Assembly (NCBI GenBank): GCA_963711565.1
Contig: CAVQEQ010000001.1
Coordinates: 1,056,001 to 1,120,000, forward strand
Source of the DNA: an uncultured delta proteobacterium
Lineage (GTDB): Bacteria; Desulfobacterota; Binatia; Binatales; Binataceae
DNA length: 64,000 nt
Direction of reading: 5' to 3'
The translations under genes were made by a program, and so were the position numbers. Positions 28,424 through 38,621 of the stretch are shown here, piece by piece (within the stretch, counting starts at the first letter, position 1; every line of letters begins with the position of its first letter). The notes beneath the pieces were generated by a model, which did no database searches, was not told where the DNA came from, and saw nothing but the letters and a program-made list of their open reading frames with translations.

Positions 28424-30760
28424 CTACAGATTCATCTGCACGATCGTTGCGCCCGCGCCACCGTGATGCGGTTCGGCGCCCCGAAACGACGCGCAATACG
28501 GCAACGTCCCGAGGTATTCCGCCACGGCCTTCCTCAGCGCCCCCGATCCAATTCCGTGAACGATTCGCACTTCCGCCCGATTGGTCAGGAACGCGGTGTC
28601 GAGAAATTCCTCGAGCTTGCGCAGCGCGTCCGTCGTGCGCATCCCGATGAGGTTCAACTCGTTGCCCTCGGCACCCTCGAAGCTGAAGGTGATGGTCGCG
28701 GCTTTCGGTTGCGCGGGACGATTCTCGGCGACGATCGCCGACGACCTGCGCAGGCGCTCGGGCGCGACTTCGATCCGCAGGCCGCCGCGGCTGATCACGG
28801 CGCGGGTCGCATCGAGCACGATCAATTCGCCGCGAATGTCGCCGACCTGCACGGTGTCGCCGACCTTGAGCGGTGCATCGGACTCCGGCGCGTCCTCAGG
28901 GGCCGGCGCGAGGCCCTCGAGTTTCGCCGCCGCCTTGGTGATGAACCCCTTCAAATCGGTGCGCGACTTCGCTCGCGTCTTTAACTCGTCCATGAGCGCG
29001 GCGCCGTCGCGCCTTAGCTCCTCGATCAGCTCGGCGACTTCGGCGCGCAGCCGCTTGCGATCCGCCTCTGCACCCACGCGCGATTTTTCGGCATCCTGGA
29101 TCAGTTCATCCTCGACACTGGCGAGACTGGCTTCGCGCGCGCGCAGTTTTTCGACTTGCTCATTCAGCTTGGCGCGCTCAGCGTCCAGTCTTTTCAACGA
29201 GTCGGTCAGCTCGATAGTGCCGGTGCCCATCGATTGCTCGGCCGCGCGGATTATTTCCTCGGGCAGTCCGAGCCGGCGCGCGACCGCGAGGCCGTAACTC
29301 TGCCCAATCGTGTGCGGCTTCAGTCGATAAAGCGGCGCAAGGTGCTCGGCGTCGAAGTCCACCGCCGCGGCCTCGAACCCGGCTTGCGAGTATGCGTGCA
29401 GCTTCACGGCGGTCGAATGCGTCGCGATCGCGAGCATGCAACGCCGCGTCCCGAGATGGTTCATCAGGCCGATTGCGAGCGCCGCGCCTTCTGCCGGGTC
29501 CGTCCCTGCGCCCGGCTCGTCGAGAATCATCAGCGCCGGCTCGTCGAGCGACCTGATTATCTCCGACAGGTTTGCGATATGGCCCGAGAAGCTCGACAGG
29601 TTCGACTCGATCGATTGCTCGTCGCCGATATCGGCGAACACACTGCGAAACACCGTCGCCTTGCTGCCGGTCAGCGCGGGAATCAGCATCCCCGCCTGCG
29701 CCATCAGCGACAGCAGCCCAACCGTCTTGAGCGCGACCGTTTTGCCGCCGGTGTTCGGCCCCGAGATGACGATGCCGCGCTGGCCGGCGCCGATTTTCAC
29801 GTCGATCGGGATCACGTCGCGGCCGCTGGTCATCAACAGCGGATGGCGCGCGCCGATAAAATCGATTCCCTCGTCCACGAGCTGCGGCTCGATGCATCGA
29901 AAGCGCTCGGCGAACAGCGCGCGCGCGTTGAGCGCGTCGAGCGCGACCATCGCGTCGAAGGTGAGCTGCAGTTCCGGCGCGTAGCCGCCGACCATCGCCG
30001 TCAGCCGCGCGAGGATACGCGTTTCTTCCGCCTCGGCTTCGCGCTCGAGCATCATCAGCCGGTTGTTCAGCTCGACCGCCCACATCGGCTCGACGAACAG
30101 CGTCTCGCCCGACACGCTGCGGTCCTGCACGATTCCCTCGAAGCGCTCCGAGTAATTCAGCTTCATCGGCAACACGAAGCGCCGGTTGCGAATCGTCACG
30201 ATATAATCCGAGACGAACGATTCCATGCCCGACGCGTTGAGCGAGCGCAGCAGGCGCGCTTCGAGGTCGGCGCGCTCGTCGCGCAGCCGGCTGCGGAGCC
30301 GCTTCAGCTCGGGGCTCGCGTCATCGAGGAGTTTGCCATCGTCGGCCAGCGCACCGAGCATCGCGTCGGCGAGTTCCTTGGGCGCGAGCAGGTTGTGCAC
30401 CAACGCCGCCACATGGGGGAAGCGCTCGACCCGCGAGCGCAGAAATCCGCCGACGTGGCGCGAACCGACGATAAAGTCGCGCACTTTCACCAGCGCTTCG
30501 CCGCCGAGGATCGCCCCGACGCGCGCCGCCGCGAGCAGGTACGGCCGCTGATCGCTAAATTCGCTAATCGGAATCGAGCCGGCGTGCGAGCGCAACTCGA
30601 CCATCTCGGCGGTCGCCGTCAGCCGCCGTTGCACTTCTGCGGCGTCGATCGACGGGCGCAACTCGGCGGTCGCCTCGCGACCCGGATCGGAAGCGCAGAG
30701 ATCCATGACGAGGTGAATCACCTTGTCGAATTCGAGAGCTTTCAGATCGCGTTCGCGCAT
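28424..30760 (-). CDS. mutS2: MutS2 (RqcU-like) ATPase with C-terminal Smr domain
   Basis: LEFDKV, SVSGETLFVEP, SGPNTGGKT, DIGDEQSIE, DEPGAGTDP, VHGIGSGALR. Confidence 0.96.
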   Translation of the reverse strand: MRERDLKALEFDKVIHLVMDLCASDPGREATAELRPSIDAAEVQRRLTATAEMVELRSHAGSIPISEFSDQRPYLLAAARVGAILGGEALVKVRDFIVGSRHVGGFLRSRVERFPHVAALVHNLLAPKELADAMLGALADDGKLLDDASPELKRLRSRLRDERADLEARLLRSLNASGMESFVSDYIVTIRNRRFVLPMKLNYSERFEGIVQDRSVSGETLFVEPMWAVELNNRLMMLEREAEAEETRILARLTAMVGGYAPELQLTFDAMVALDALNARALFAERFRCIEPQLVDEGIDFIGARHPLLMTSGRDVIPIDVKIGAGQRGIVISGPNTGGKTVALKTVGLLSLMAQAGMLIPALTGSKATVFRSVFADIGDEQSIESNLSSFSGHIANLSEIIRSLDEPALMILDEPGAGTDPAEGAALAIGLMNHLGTRRCMLAIATHSTAVKLHAYSQAGFEAAAVDFDAEHLAPLYRLKPHTIGQSYGLAVARRLGLPEEIIRAAEQSMGTGTIELTDSLKRLDAERAKLNEQVEKLRAREASLASVEDELIQDAEKSRVGAEADRKRLRAEVAELIEELRRDGAALMDELKTRAKSRTDLKGFITKAAAKLEGLAPAPEDAPESDAPLKVGDTVQVGDIRGELIVLDATRAVISRGGLRIEVAPERLRRSSAIVAENRPAQPKAATITFSFEGAEGNELNLIGMRTTDALRKLEEFLDTAFLTNRAEVRIVHGIGSGALRKAVAEYLGTLPYCASFRGAEPHHGGAGATIVQMNL

Positions 30761-30827
30761 CGCTAATATCCAGCCAGCTTTCTAATATTTAGCCCAACTT
30801 CGGGCCGCAGGCATCAAGGATACTCAC

Positions 30828-32441
30828 ATGGATCGAATTGAATCTCGGCTGAACCTCAACTCCGACGAGTTCCGCCGCAACCGCGACGCGATGGACACGC
30901 TGGTCAGGCGCCTGCGCGATGAGATCGAGCGCGTTCGCCAGGGCGGTCCGGCGCCGGCGCGCGAGCGGCACATCGAACGCGGCAAGATGCTCGCGCGCGA
31001 CCGTGTCAAAAAACTTCTCGACCCCGGCAGTCCGTTCCTCGAGCTGTCTCCCCTCGCGGCGTTCAATATGTACGACGGCGAATCGCCGTCCGCGAGCATC
31101 ATCACCGGCATCGGCAGAATCCACGGCCGCGAAGCAGTCATCGTCGCCAACGACGCGACGGTCAAGGGCGGCACGTATTTTCCGATGACGGTGAAGAAGC
31201 ATCTGCGCGCGCAGCAAATCGCGATCGAGAATATGCTGCCATGCGTTTACCTGGTCGATTCGGGCGGCGCATTTCTGCCGATGCAATCCGAGATTTTTCC
31301 CGACGAGCGCCACTTCGGCCGCATCTTCTACAACCAGGCGCGGATGTCCGCGAAAGGAATCGCGCAGGTCGCGGTCGTGATGGGCAGTTGCACGGCGGGC
31401 GGCGCGTACGTCCCCGCGATGTGCGACGAGAACATCATCGTGCGCGAGGAGGGAACGATTTTCCTGGCGGGACCGCCCTTAGTACGCGCGGCGACCGGTG
31501 AAGAGGTCACGGCCGAGGAGCTCGGCGGCGGCGACGTTCACACGCGGCTCTCCGGCGTGAGCGATCATCTGGCCGACGACGACGAGCATGCGCTCCAGAT
31601 TGCGCGCGCCATCTTCGAGAATCTTGGCCCTCGCACCGCCAGCGGCGTGCTCGAGCAGGACGCGCCCGAGGATCCGCACTACGATCCCGCCGAACTCTAC
31701 GGCATCATCCCGGTCGATACCCGCAAGCCGTACGACGTGCGCGAGGTGATCGCGCGGCTGGTGGACGGCAGCCGCATGCACGAATTCAAGTCGCGCTACG
31801 CCACGACGCTCGTCACGGGATTCGCGCGCATCTACGGCTATCCCGTCGGCATCATCGCCAACAACGGCGTGCTGTTCAGCGAGTCTGCGTTGAAGGCGAC
31901 GCATTTCATCGAGCTGTGCTGCGCGCGCCGCATCCCGCTGCTCTTCCTGCAAAACATCACCGGTTTCATCGTCGGCAAGCGCTACGAGCAGGGCGGTATC
32001 GCGAAGGACGGCGCCAAGATGGTCAACGCTGTCGCCAACGCGCAGGTGCCGAAGTTCACGGTGATCATCGGCGCGTCGAACGGCGCGGGAAATTACGGGA
32101 TGTGCGGGCGCGCGTACTCGCCGCGATTGCTGTTCATGTGGCCGAACGCGCGCATCTCCGTGATGGGCGGAGAGCAGGCCGCCAACACGCTGCTCACGGT
32201 AAAGCTCGATCAATTGAAGCGCGAAGGCGCGACGATGACCGCCGCGGAGCAAAAAGAATTTCTGCGCCCGACGCTCGAGAAGTACGAGCTCGAGTCGAGC
32301 GTGTATTATTCGAGCGCGCGCCTATGGGACGACGGCGTGCTCGATCCAATCGAGACCCGCGCAGCACTGGCGCTGGGCATCGCCGCGTCGATGAACGCGC
32401 CTATCCCCGCCCACCCAGCCTTCGGAGTTTTCAGGATGTAA
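30828..32441 (+). CDS. Acyl-CoA carboxylase carboxyltransferase subunit (methylcrotonyl-CoA carboxylase beta-like)
   Basis: [52 protein letters not shown]. Confidence 0.95.
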   Translation: MDRIESRLNLNSDEFRRNRDAMDTLVRRLRDEIERVRQGGPAPARERHIERGKMLARDRVKKLLDPGSPFLELSPLAAFNMYDGESPSASIITGIGRIHGREAVIVANDATVKGGTYFPMTVKKHLRAQQIAIENMLPCVYLVDSGGAFLPMQSEIFPDERHFGRIFYNQARMSAKGIAQVAVVMGSCTAGGAYVPAMCDENIIVREEGTIFLAGPPLVRAATGEEVTAEELGGGDVHTRLSGVSDHLADDDEHALQIARAIFENLGPRTASGVLEQDAPEDPHYDPAELYGIIPVDTRKPYDVREVIARLVDGSRMHEFKSRYATTLVTGFARIYGYPVGIIANNGVLFSESALKATHFIELCCARRIPLLFLQNITGFIVGKRYEQGGIAKDGAKMVNAVANAQVPKFTVIIGASNGAGNYGMCGRAYSPRLLFMWPNARISVMGGEQAANTLLTVKLDQLKREGATMTAAEQKEFLRPTLEKYELESSVYYSSARLWDDGVLDPIETRAALALGIAASMNAPIPAHPAFGVFRM

Positions 32442-32442
32442 C

Positions 32443-32995
32443 CGTCCGATTCCCTCCCCCATAAGGGGGGAGGGTTAGGGTGGGGGACCAATTGCGGCGC
32501 GAATGTCTGTCGCGCCGCATGCTGCTACGGTCATAGATATGTCGTTCGAACCAACACTGCCTCGCGACACGGCTCGCAAGTTGAGACGCGGCCAAACCGA
32601 AGCGGAGCAAAAGCTATGGGCGCGACTGCGCCGGCACCAGATGAAGGGACTTCAATTCCGAAGGCAGTATCCCATCGGGCCCTTTATTGCAGATTTCGTT
32701 TGCCTCGAGACGAAGCTGATCATTGAAGTTGATGGTTCGCAGCATGCGGATCAGACGGATCGTGACGAAAGTCGAAGTGAGTTTCTCCGCGATGCGGGAT
32801 ACAAGGTGCTGAGGTTTTGGAATTATGAGGTCATCCGTGAGATCGATCTGGTCGTTCAACGGATCGCTGATGCGCTGGAACTTGTGCCGCGGAAAATTAG
32901 AAAACAAAGATTGTAGGCGCGCGGCGCATCGGAAATTCGGGCCGCAATGGTCCCCCACCCTAACCCTCCCCCCTTATGGGGGAGGGAATCAGACG
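32443..32995. mobile_element. DUF559-endonuclease cassette bounded by ~60-bp palindromic inverted arms
   Basis: 32443-32504 and 32935-32995 are reverse complements (about 2 mismatches and 1 indel); the cassette fills the gap between two convergent stop codons. Confidence 0.75.
32539..32916 (+). CDS. DUF559 / Vsr-like PD-(D/E)xK endonuclease
   Basis: ARKLRRGQTEAEQKLW, FRRQYPIGPFIADF, IIEVDGSQH, RDESRSEFL, GYKVLRFWN. Confidence 0.93.
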   Translation: MSFEPTLPRDTARKLRRGQTEAEQKLWARLRRHQMKGLQFRRQYPIGPFIADFVCLETKLIIEVDGSQHADQTDRDESRSEFLRDAGYKVLRFWNYEVIREIDLVVQRIADALELVPRKIRKQRL

Positions 32996-32997
32996 AA

Positions 32998-34074
32998 TCA
33001 CCCCAGGAAGTGGTGCGCGATCACAATGTTCGTCACCACGAACGCTGCCGGGATCACCCAGCGCGAGTACTTGCGAATTCTTAGCCCGATGTCGCGCCGC
33101 AGCTCCGAGCGATGCGTCACGTGGACCGTCATCAGCTCGACGACCGCGAGGAAAACGAAGATGTAACACTCGAGGAAAAACGCATCGATGTACGTCAGGT
33201 AGGGCAGCCGCGGCATCGTCGCGGAGATCGCAAACGCGAACGCTATTACGGTCAGAATCGTCGTGACCGCGACCTGGACCTGGTTGTCGAGATCGCTCGC
33301 CTCGATCCAGAAAACCGCCCACGACAGGACCACCATCAGCGTCAGCGGCAGGAACACCTTCCACAGATAAAAGCTCGAGCGCCGTTGCACCGTAATCGCG
33401 AATCTCGCCTCCGGCATCGTGAAGCCGCCGTAGGTGAGGGCCTCTCCTATCTTGGGCTGGACCGCGGTCACCTGCCATTGCGCCAGCGACGAGTAGCTCG
33501 AAAACTCGCTCGCCGTCCAGGTCGAGTCCTCCATCAGCTTGAAATTGATATGCGGGCCGTCGACCAGGAAGGGATGAATCAGGATCATCAGCGATTGCCG
33601 ATCGAAGGGAAATCGCCGCAGTTCAAACTTCGACGACATCGTCACCTTGCATCGCTCCGCATAGCTGACCGTGCCGTCCGGGGTGACCCAGATCGACGTA
33701 TCGAAACGCGTGCGCGGCGTCGCGGCATTGATCATCTCGAGTTGCGGAACCCAAATCTGCCCGAGCGCGTAGTGTCGATGACGATCCGACGGTCCCTGCT
33801 GCGTGTAGGCCAGCCGCGGATCGGTCCATTGCGCGAACAAGTATGCGTCCATCTGGAACTGCTCGTTCACTTCGTCGATCGCCGCGATGTTCACGATGTG
33901 CAGGCCAATCTTGATGTCGAGCTGTTCGCCGTTTTCAAATGGCGGCTGCAGGATCGGATCGGTTGAAAAACCCGTCGGAATCGGAGGTGGCGCCGCGCAG
34001 CTTGACGCCGCCGGCAGCATCGCACTCGCAATGAAAGCGATCGCGAGCGCTGAAAGAACGATCCCCCGGCGCAT
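32998..34074 (-). CDS. Prokaryotic pentameric ligand-gated ion channel (GLIC/ELIC-like)
   Basis: Signal peptide, WTDPRL, IWVPQLEMIN, Pro-loop LRRFPFDRQ, M1 KVFLPL, M2-M3 MPRLPYLTYID, four TM helices. Confidence 0.92.
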   Translation of the reverse strand: MRRGIVLSALAIAFIASAMLPAASSCAAPPPIPTGFSTDPILQPPFENGEQLDIKIGLHIVNIAAIDEVNEQFQMDAYLFAQWTDPRLAYTQQGPSDRHRHYALGQIWVPQLEMINAATPRTRFDTSIWVTPDGTVSYAERCKVTMSSKFELRRFPFDRQSLMILIHPFLVDGPHINFKLMEDSTWTASEFSSYSSLAQWQVTAVQPKIGEALTYGGFTMPEARFAITVQRRSSFYLWKVFLPLTLMVVLSWAVFWIEASDLDNQVQVAVTTILTVIAFAFAISATMPRLPYLTYIDAFFLECYIFVFLAVVELMTVHVTHRSELRRDIGLRIRKYSRWVIPAAFVVTNIVIAHHFLG

Positions 34075-34080
34075 CCCGGC

Positions 34081-35568
34081 TCAGCCTTCCGGCGCCAGCA
34101 TCTTGTCCGCGCGCACCAGCCGGTCGAACTCCGCGCCGCTCAGCAGCTTCAGCGCGATCGTCGCCTCGCGCAGCGTGATGTTTTCCGCGTGCGCCTTCTT
34201 CGCGACCTTGGCCGCGTTGTCGTAGCCGATATGCGGGCTCAGCGCCGTCACCAGCATCAGCGAATTTTCCACGTAGCGCCGCAGCTGTTCGCGATTCGGC
34301 GCGATCCCGTCGACGCAATACTTGCTGAACGACGCGCACGAATGCGCCAGCAGCATCGTCGAATGCAGAAAATTGTGGATGATGAGCGGCTTGAAAACGT
34401 TGAGCTCGAAATTTCCCTGCGACCCGGCCGTCGTGATCGCCACGTCGTTGCCGATCACCTGGATACAGACCATCGTCATCGCCTCGCTCTGCGTCGGATT
34501 CACCTTGCCCGGCATGATCGACGAGCCCGGCTCGTTCTCCGGCAGAATCAGTTCCGCGAGCCCGGTGCGCGGTCCCGAGCCCATCCAGCGCACGTCGTTG
34601 GCGATTTTCATCAGCGAGACTGCCAGCGTCTTGAGCGCTCCCGAAGCCGCCACGATCGCATCGTGCGCCGCCAGCGCCGCAAACTTGTTCGGCGCCGACT
34701 TGAACGGCAGTCCCGTGTACTCCGCGATCTTCTTCGCGACGCGCTCGGCAAATTCCCGATGCGTATTGAGCCCGGTGCCGACCGCCGTGCCGCCGATAGC
34801 CAGCTCGAGCAGGTCCGGCAGCGCGGCTTCGAGTCGTTTCAGATCGTAGTCGAGCTGCGCGACGTAGCCCGAGAATTCCTGGCCGAGCGTCAGCGGCACC
34901 GCGTCCATTAGATGGGTGCGGCCGATCTTGACGATATCCGCGAACTCCCTGGCTTTGCGCGCGAGCGCGTCGCGCAATTTTCGCACCGACGGGATCAGGT
35001 CGTGCGTGACTTCCTCGGCCGCCGCAATATGCATCGCGGTCGGGAACGTGTCGTTCGACGACTGCGACATGTTCACGTCGTCGTTGGGATGTATCGGCTT
35101 CTTGCTGCCGAGCACGCCGCCCGCCATCTCGATCGCGCGATTCGAGATAACCTCGTTGGCGTTCATGTTGGTCTGCGTGCCGCTGCCGGTCTGCCAGATG
35201 CGCAGCGGAAAATGATCGTCGAGCTTGCCCGCGATCACTTCGTCCGCGGCCGCGGTCATAAGTTTGGCCTTGTCGGGCGGCAGCTTACCGAGGTCGCGAT
35301 TAACTTCCGCCGCCGCTTTTTTCAATATCCCGAACGCGCGCACCACCGAACGCGGCATCCGATCGAACCCGATCGCGAAATGCAGCAGCGATCGCTCCGT
35401 CTGCGCCCCCCAATAGCGGTCGCGCGCGACCTCGATCGCGCCCATGCTGTCCGTCTCGAGGCGCTTGCCCGTTCGCATTGGCTTGGCGGCGACGGGCGCG
35501 GCCTTCGCAATCACCGCACGCCGAGCGATCTTCGCCTTGCGCGCCTTCGACCTGGGTTTTGATGCCAT
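34081..35568 (-). CDS. fumC: Class II fumarate hydratase
   Basis: [41 protein letters not shown]; basic N-terminal extension. Confidence 0.97.
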   Translation of the reverse strand: MASKPRSKARKAKIARRAVIAKAAPVAAKPMRTGKRLETDSMGAIEVARDRYWGAQTERSLLHFAIGFDRMPRSVVRAFGILKKAAAEVNRDLGKLPPDKAKLMTAAADEVIAGKLDDHFPLRIWQTGSGTQTNMNANEVISNRAIEMAGGVLGSKKPIHPNDDVNMSQSSNDTFPTAMHIAAAEEVTHDLIPSVRKLRDALARKAREFADIVKIGRTHLMDAVPLTLGQEFSGYVAQLDYDLKRLEAALPDLLELAIGGTAVGTGLNTHREFAERVAKKIAEYTGLPFKSAPNKFAALAAHDAIVAASGALKTLAVSLMKIANDVRWMGSGPRTGLAELILPENEPGSSIMPGKVNPTQSEAMTMVCIQVIGNDVAITTAGSQGNFELNVFKPLIIHNFLHSTMLLAHSCASFSKYCVDGIAPNREQLRRYVENSLMLVTALSPHIGYDNAAKVAKKAHAENITLREATIALKLLSGAEFDRLVRADKMLAPEG

Positions 35569-35785
35569 CTTCGATATTCCTGTTGTATTTTCGACCCTCG
35601 TGCGCCGACTATTCTAACCCGGCCGGCCCCCGATACCAGCGCCTTTCCCGCCGTCGCGATTCTGTCCGCGTTGCCCTTTTCAGAGGCGCTGTGCCGATAT
35701 AGGTTATGCGGCGTACTCTCGACAATAGGGAGTCGGGCCGGATTCGAGATATTATAAGGACTGGATTTCAAGCGAGGCTGCAACC

Positions 35786-36145
35786 ATGCCCTGGACTATA
35801 ACTCGTCTTTGCCGCGACTGCGTTGACACCGGATGCGTCAGCGTATGCCCCGTCGATTGCATTTACGAATACGTCGGCGCCGACAAAGTAAAATTTCCCA
35901 ACCAGCTCTACATCGATCCCGACGAATGCATCGATTGCGGCGCCTGCGAGCCCGAATGCCCGTGGCAGGCGATTTTCGAGGAGCCCGCGGTTCCCGACGT
36001 CCTCAAGGACGACATCGCGCTGAACCACGCGCTGCTCGAGATCAAAGATCAGTTCAAGGTGATGCCGTTCAAGAAGGTCGATCACCCCACGCCCGAGCAG
36101 GTAGCCGAGAACAAGAAAAAGTGGGGCGTTGACCCAAATAGCTGA
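35786..36145 (+). CDS. Dicluster (7Fe-type) ferredoxin
   Basis: [18 protein letters not shown] and [17 protein letters not shown]. Confidence 0.92.
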   Translation: MPWTITRLCRDCVDTGCVSVCPVDCIYEYVGADKVKFPNQLYIDPDECIDCGACEPECPWQAIFEEPAVPDVLKDDIALNHALLEIKDQFKVMPFKKVDHPTPEQVAENKKKWGVDPNS

Positions 36146-36185
36146 CCCTCTTACCTCGCCCGCTATACGGAGAGGCGGTCCTTCC

Positions 36186-36309
36186 TTACCTCTCCCATCG
36201 GGAGAGGACGCGCCAACGGCGCGGGTGAGGGCGCATGGTTCAAGCTGAATGCGGACTCTCCTTAAATCCGGTTCCTCTTCCCTCGAGGGAAGGGGTTAGG
36301 GGTTAGGTT
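36186..36309. repeat. Composite ~125-bp repeat unit (family B + spacer + family A)
   Basis: Reverse complement of 50399-50523, including the non-palindromic spacer. Confidence 0.85.
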
Positions 36310-36321
36310 CCGCCTCCGCCG

Positions 36322-36852
36322 CTACGCCGCCTCTTCAATCGCCGCCAACAAAGACGCCAGATCGAACGCCCCGTCGTGACGCGCACCGTTGATGAAAAAA
36401 GTCGGCGTGCCGTTTACTCCGCTCCTCACCCCGCTGCTGAAATCCGCACGCACGCGCTCCGCGTAAGAATGCTCCTCCATATCCTTGATGAATCGAGGCC
36501 CATCGAGACGAAGCGCCTTCGCGTACCGGACTAAATCCTCATCCTCCAGCGCATCCTGATGCTCGTACAGCAGATCGTGCATCTCCCAGAACTTGCCCTG
36601 CGCGCCCGCTGCCTCCGCCGCTTCCGCCGCATGCTCGGCATGAGGATGCGCCTCGGCCAGCGGAAAATTCCTGAACACAAAACGCACCTGGTCCCCGAGG
36701 CGTTTCTGCAGCGCCTTCACCACTGGATACGCTTCGCCGCAGTAGGGACATTCGTAGTCGCCGTACTCGACGAGCGTCACCGGAGCCTTCGCCGCCCCTT
36801 GAATGTGATCGTTGGCGCCGACAGGCGGCTTGAGCTTGGCCGATGGACTCAT
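36322..36852 (-). CDS. DsbA-like thioredoxin-fold protein
   Basis: EYGDYECPYC, FRNFPL, GVNGTPTFFING. Confidence 0.92.
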   Translation of the reverse strand: MSPSAKLKPPVGANDHIQGAAKAPVTLVEYGDYECPYCGEAYPVVKALQKRLGDQVRFVFRNFPLAEAHPHAEHAAEAAEAAGAQGKFWEMHDLLYEHQDALEDEDLVRYAKALRLDGPRFIKDMEEHSYAERVRADFSSGVRSGVNGTPTFFINGARHDGAFDLASLLAAIEEAA

Positions 36853-37352
36853 CGCGATGCCTCCTGCTTCTTCGCCGCGAGCGCTTCCAGCGCATCCAGT
36901 ATTCCGTCAGCGCCTGGATTGACGCCGACCGGAGACAGGTAGCTCCACGCAATCGTGCCCTTGGGATCGATCACAAAGAGCGCGCGTTCTGTGACCCCCT
37001 CGCCATCGCGATATGCGCCATACTTGCGAGCGACGGCGCCCTTGGGCTCGAAATCAGACAGCAGCGGAAAATGCAGCTTGCGGTCGAGCGCGAAAGCAGC
37101 GTGGCACCAGGAGCCATCGACTGAGATACCGACGATCGCTGCTTTGAACTTGTGGAACTCGGCGAGCACCTCGTTATACAGCGCCATCTGATCGCCGCAC
37201 ACGGGACTCCAGTCGGCCGGGTAAAACGCCAGGATCAACGGCGCGCCGCGGAAGTCGCTCAGCGAGACGAGTTGGTCGGGCGTGCTATGCAATGAAAAAT
37301 CCGGCGCCGCCGTGCCGGGAGCGAGTATCTTGCCCGCGTTTTCTGTCGCCAT
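36849..37352 (-). CDS. AhpC/TSA peroxiredoxin-family protein
   Basis: APDFSL, FYPADWSPVC, LLSDFEPKG, ERALFVID; overlaps the DsbA-like start (ATGA). Confidence 0.92.
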   Translation of the reverse strand: MATENAGKILAPGTAAPDFSLHSTPDQLVSLSDFRGAPLILAFYPADWSPVCGDQMALYNEVLAEFHKFKAAIVGISVDGSWCHAAFALDRKLHFPLLSDFEPKGAVARKYGAYRDGEGVTERALFVIDPKGTIAWSYLSPVGVNPGADGILDALEALAAKKQEASR

Positions 37353-37580
37353 GTAGGTGAGCCTCCGTGAATTTCTGGCAAGTCAGAACTCAATCGTGGA
37401 TCGTCGATGCTAGTACCGGTGCGATTCTGTTACAAACTAACAGCGGCCGCGCGGCGAGCCGGGGATGGGGTGACCCCTGCACCCGCAGTGAGAGGACGCG
37501 AAAATCTGCGCAGCGTATCTTTTCGCGACCACGCGATGGAACAGCCCGCGGGGCAGGGCTTTGTTAATAGCTTTTACCGC

Positions 37581-38246
37581 TCATCTCCGCGAAACCGACA
37601 GATCAAACGGCCAATGACTGCGCACGAACTCACTATACGACCGGGCCATCGCAGGCGGGAGTAGCGGGGGCTGACGCCGTGTGATGGTCAGGACTCCAGA
37701 GTCCACGCGCGGCACAGGTCGGAAGGCTGTAGCCGGTACGTGCCGGCCAAGGCGAAATTCCCACCAGGGTACCCATGTTGTGGAGCGCAGCGTGGAGGAA
37801 GGGAACGCCGCCCGCTTGCGCGCCACTTCCCATTGCACGATTAGATCGGCCCGTTCGAGGGCCAGGTACGGATCGTCCAACAGGCGGCGAAGGACGTCGG
37901 TCGTGTGTCCGAACGGAAGAGATCCGATCACGCGAAACGGCCGGTTGGGCAGCGACAACGAGAGAAAATCGCCTTCTACGACTCGCACTTTGTTGTGGAG
38001 CGCCTCACCGGCATGATCGCGGAGTCGCTCAGCCCACACCGGGTCGATCTCGACGGCGACTACGTCAACCTGGCGCCTCGCCAGCGCGATAGTGATCGCG
38101 CCGAGACCGGCGCCGAACTCGATGACGAGCTCGCCGGGGCGAAAGTCCGCTTCGGCGACGATGCGATCAGCGAATTCAGGACGAAGGAAATTCTGACCGA
38201 GGCGGCGTCGTCGCTCGTCGCGCGATGTCCGCCGACGGGCGGACAC
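37581..38246 (-). CDS. erm: Erm-like 23S rRNA adenine methyltransferase (short form)
   Basis: LGQNFL, EFGAGLG, VEID, GSLPF, QWEVARKR, FRPVPRVDSG; 221 aa, lacks the KsgA C-terminal domain. Confidence 0.8.
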   Translation of the reverse strand: MSARRRTSRDERRRRLGQNFLRPEFADRIVAEADFRPGELVIEFGAGLGAITIALARRQVDVVAVEIDPVWAERLRDHAGEALHNKVRVVEGDFLSLSLPNRPFRVIGSLPFGHTTDVLRRLLDDPYLALERADLIVQWEVARKRAAFPSSTLRSTTWVPWWEFRLGRHVPATAFRPVPRVDSGVLTITRRQPPLLPPAMARSYSEFVRSHWPFDLSVSRR

Positions 38247-38420
38247 GAATGGTCACCATCATGGGCATGGCCGTACTTTACTGGTGCCGGTGGTTGGCAG
38301 CAAGGAGATAAACCGTTTAGACAGTCGCGCTTGACCATCAAGCTGATGATGGGCATCACCCGGCGGCACCATCAGACGCCAGCCCACAAGCGCGAGCGCG
38401 AAGGCATGCAGGGATTTCAT

Positions 38421-38621
38421 TTAGTCGAATCGTTCATCGGTGATGCCAGCCTGCTTGAGGACAACATTCGCCATATCCCGCGAACGGATATTTGAATCGA
38501 CGACGAATTTATGTCCATTGACGGGGCTGTACCAGAACTCGTGATCGCCCTTTCCTTGCCTAAGCAGGTAACACTTGTGAGCCTTAAGCATCTTCTTAAG
38601 GCGCGGCGTGTAGCTCGACAT
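38421..38621 (-). CDS. hicA: HicA-family toxin (mRNA interferase)
   Basis: 66 aa basic protein with RQGKGDHEFW and ANVVLKQAGI. Confidence 0.85.
   Translation of the reverse strand: MSSYTPRLKKMLKAHKCYLLRQGKGDHEFWYSPVNGHKFVVDSNIRSRDMANVVLKQAGITDERFD

Noticed and set aside
37581-38246. Calling the methyltransferase ksgA/rsmA
   Set aside because: Short length, Erm-like motifs and accessory context favour Erm; not fully excluded without a tree
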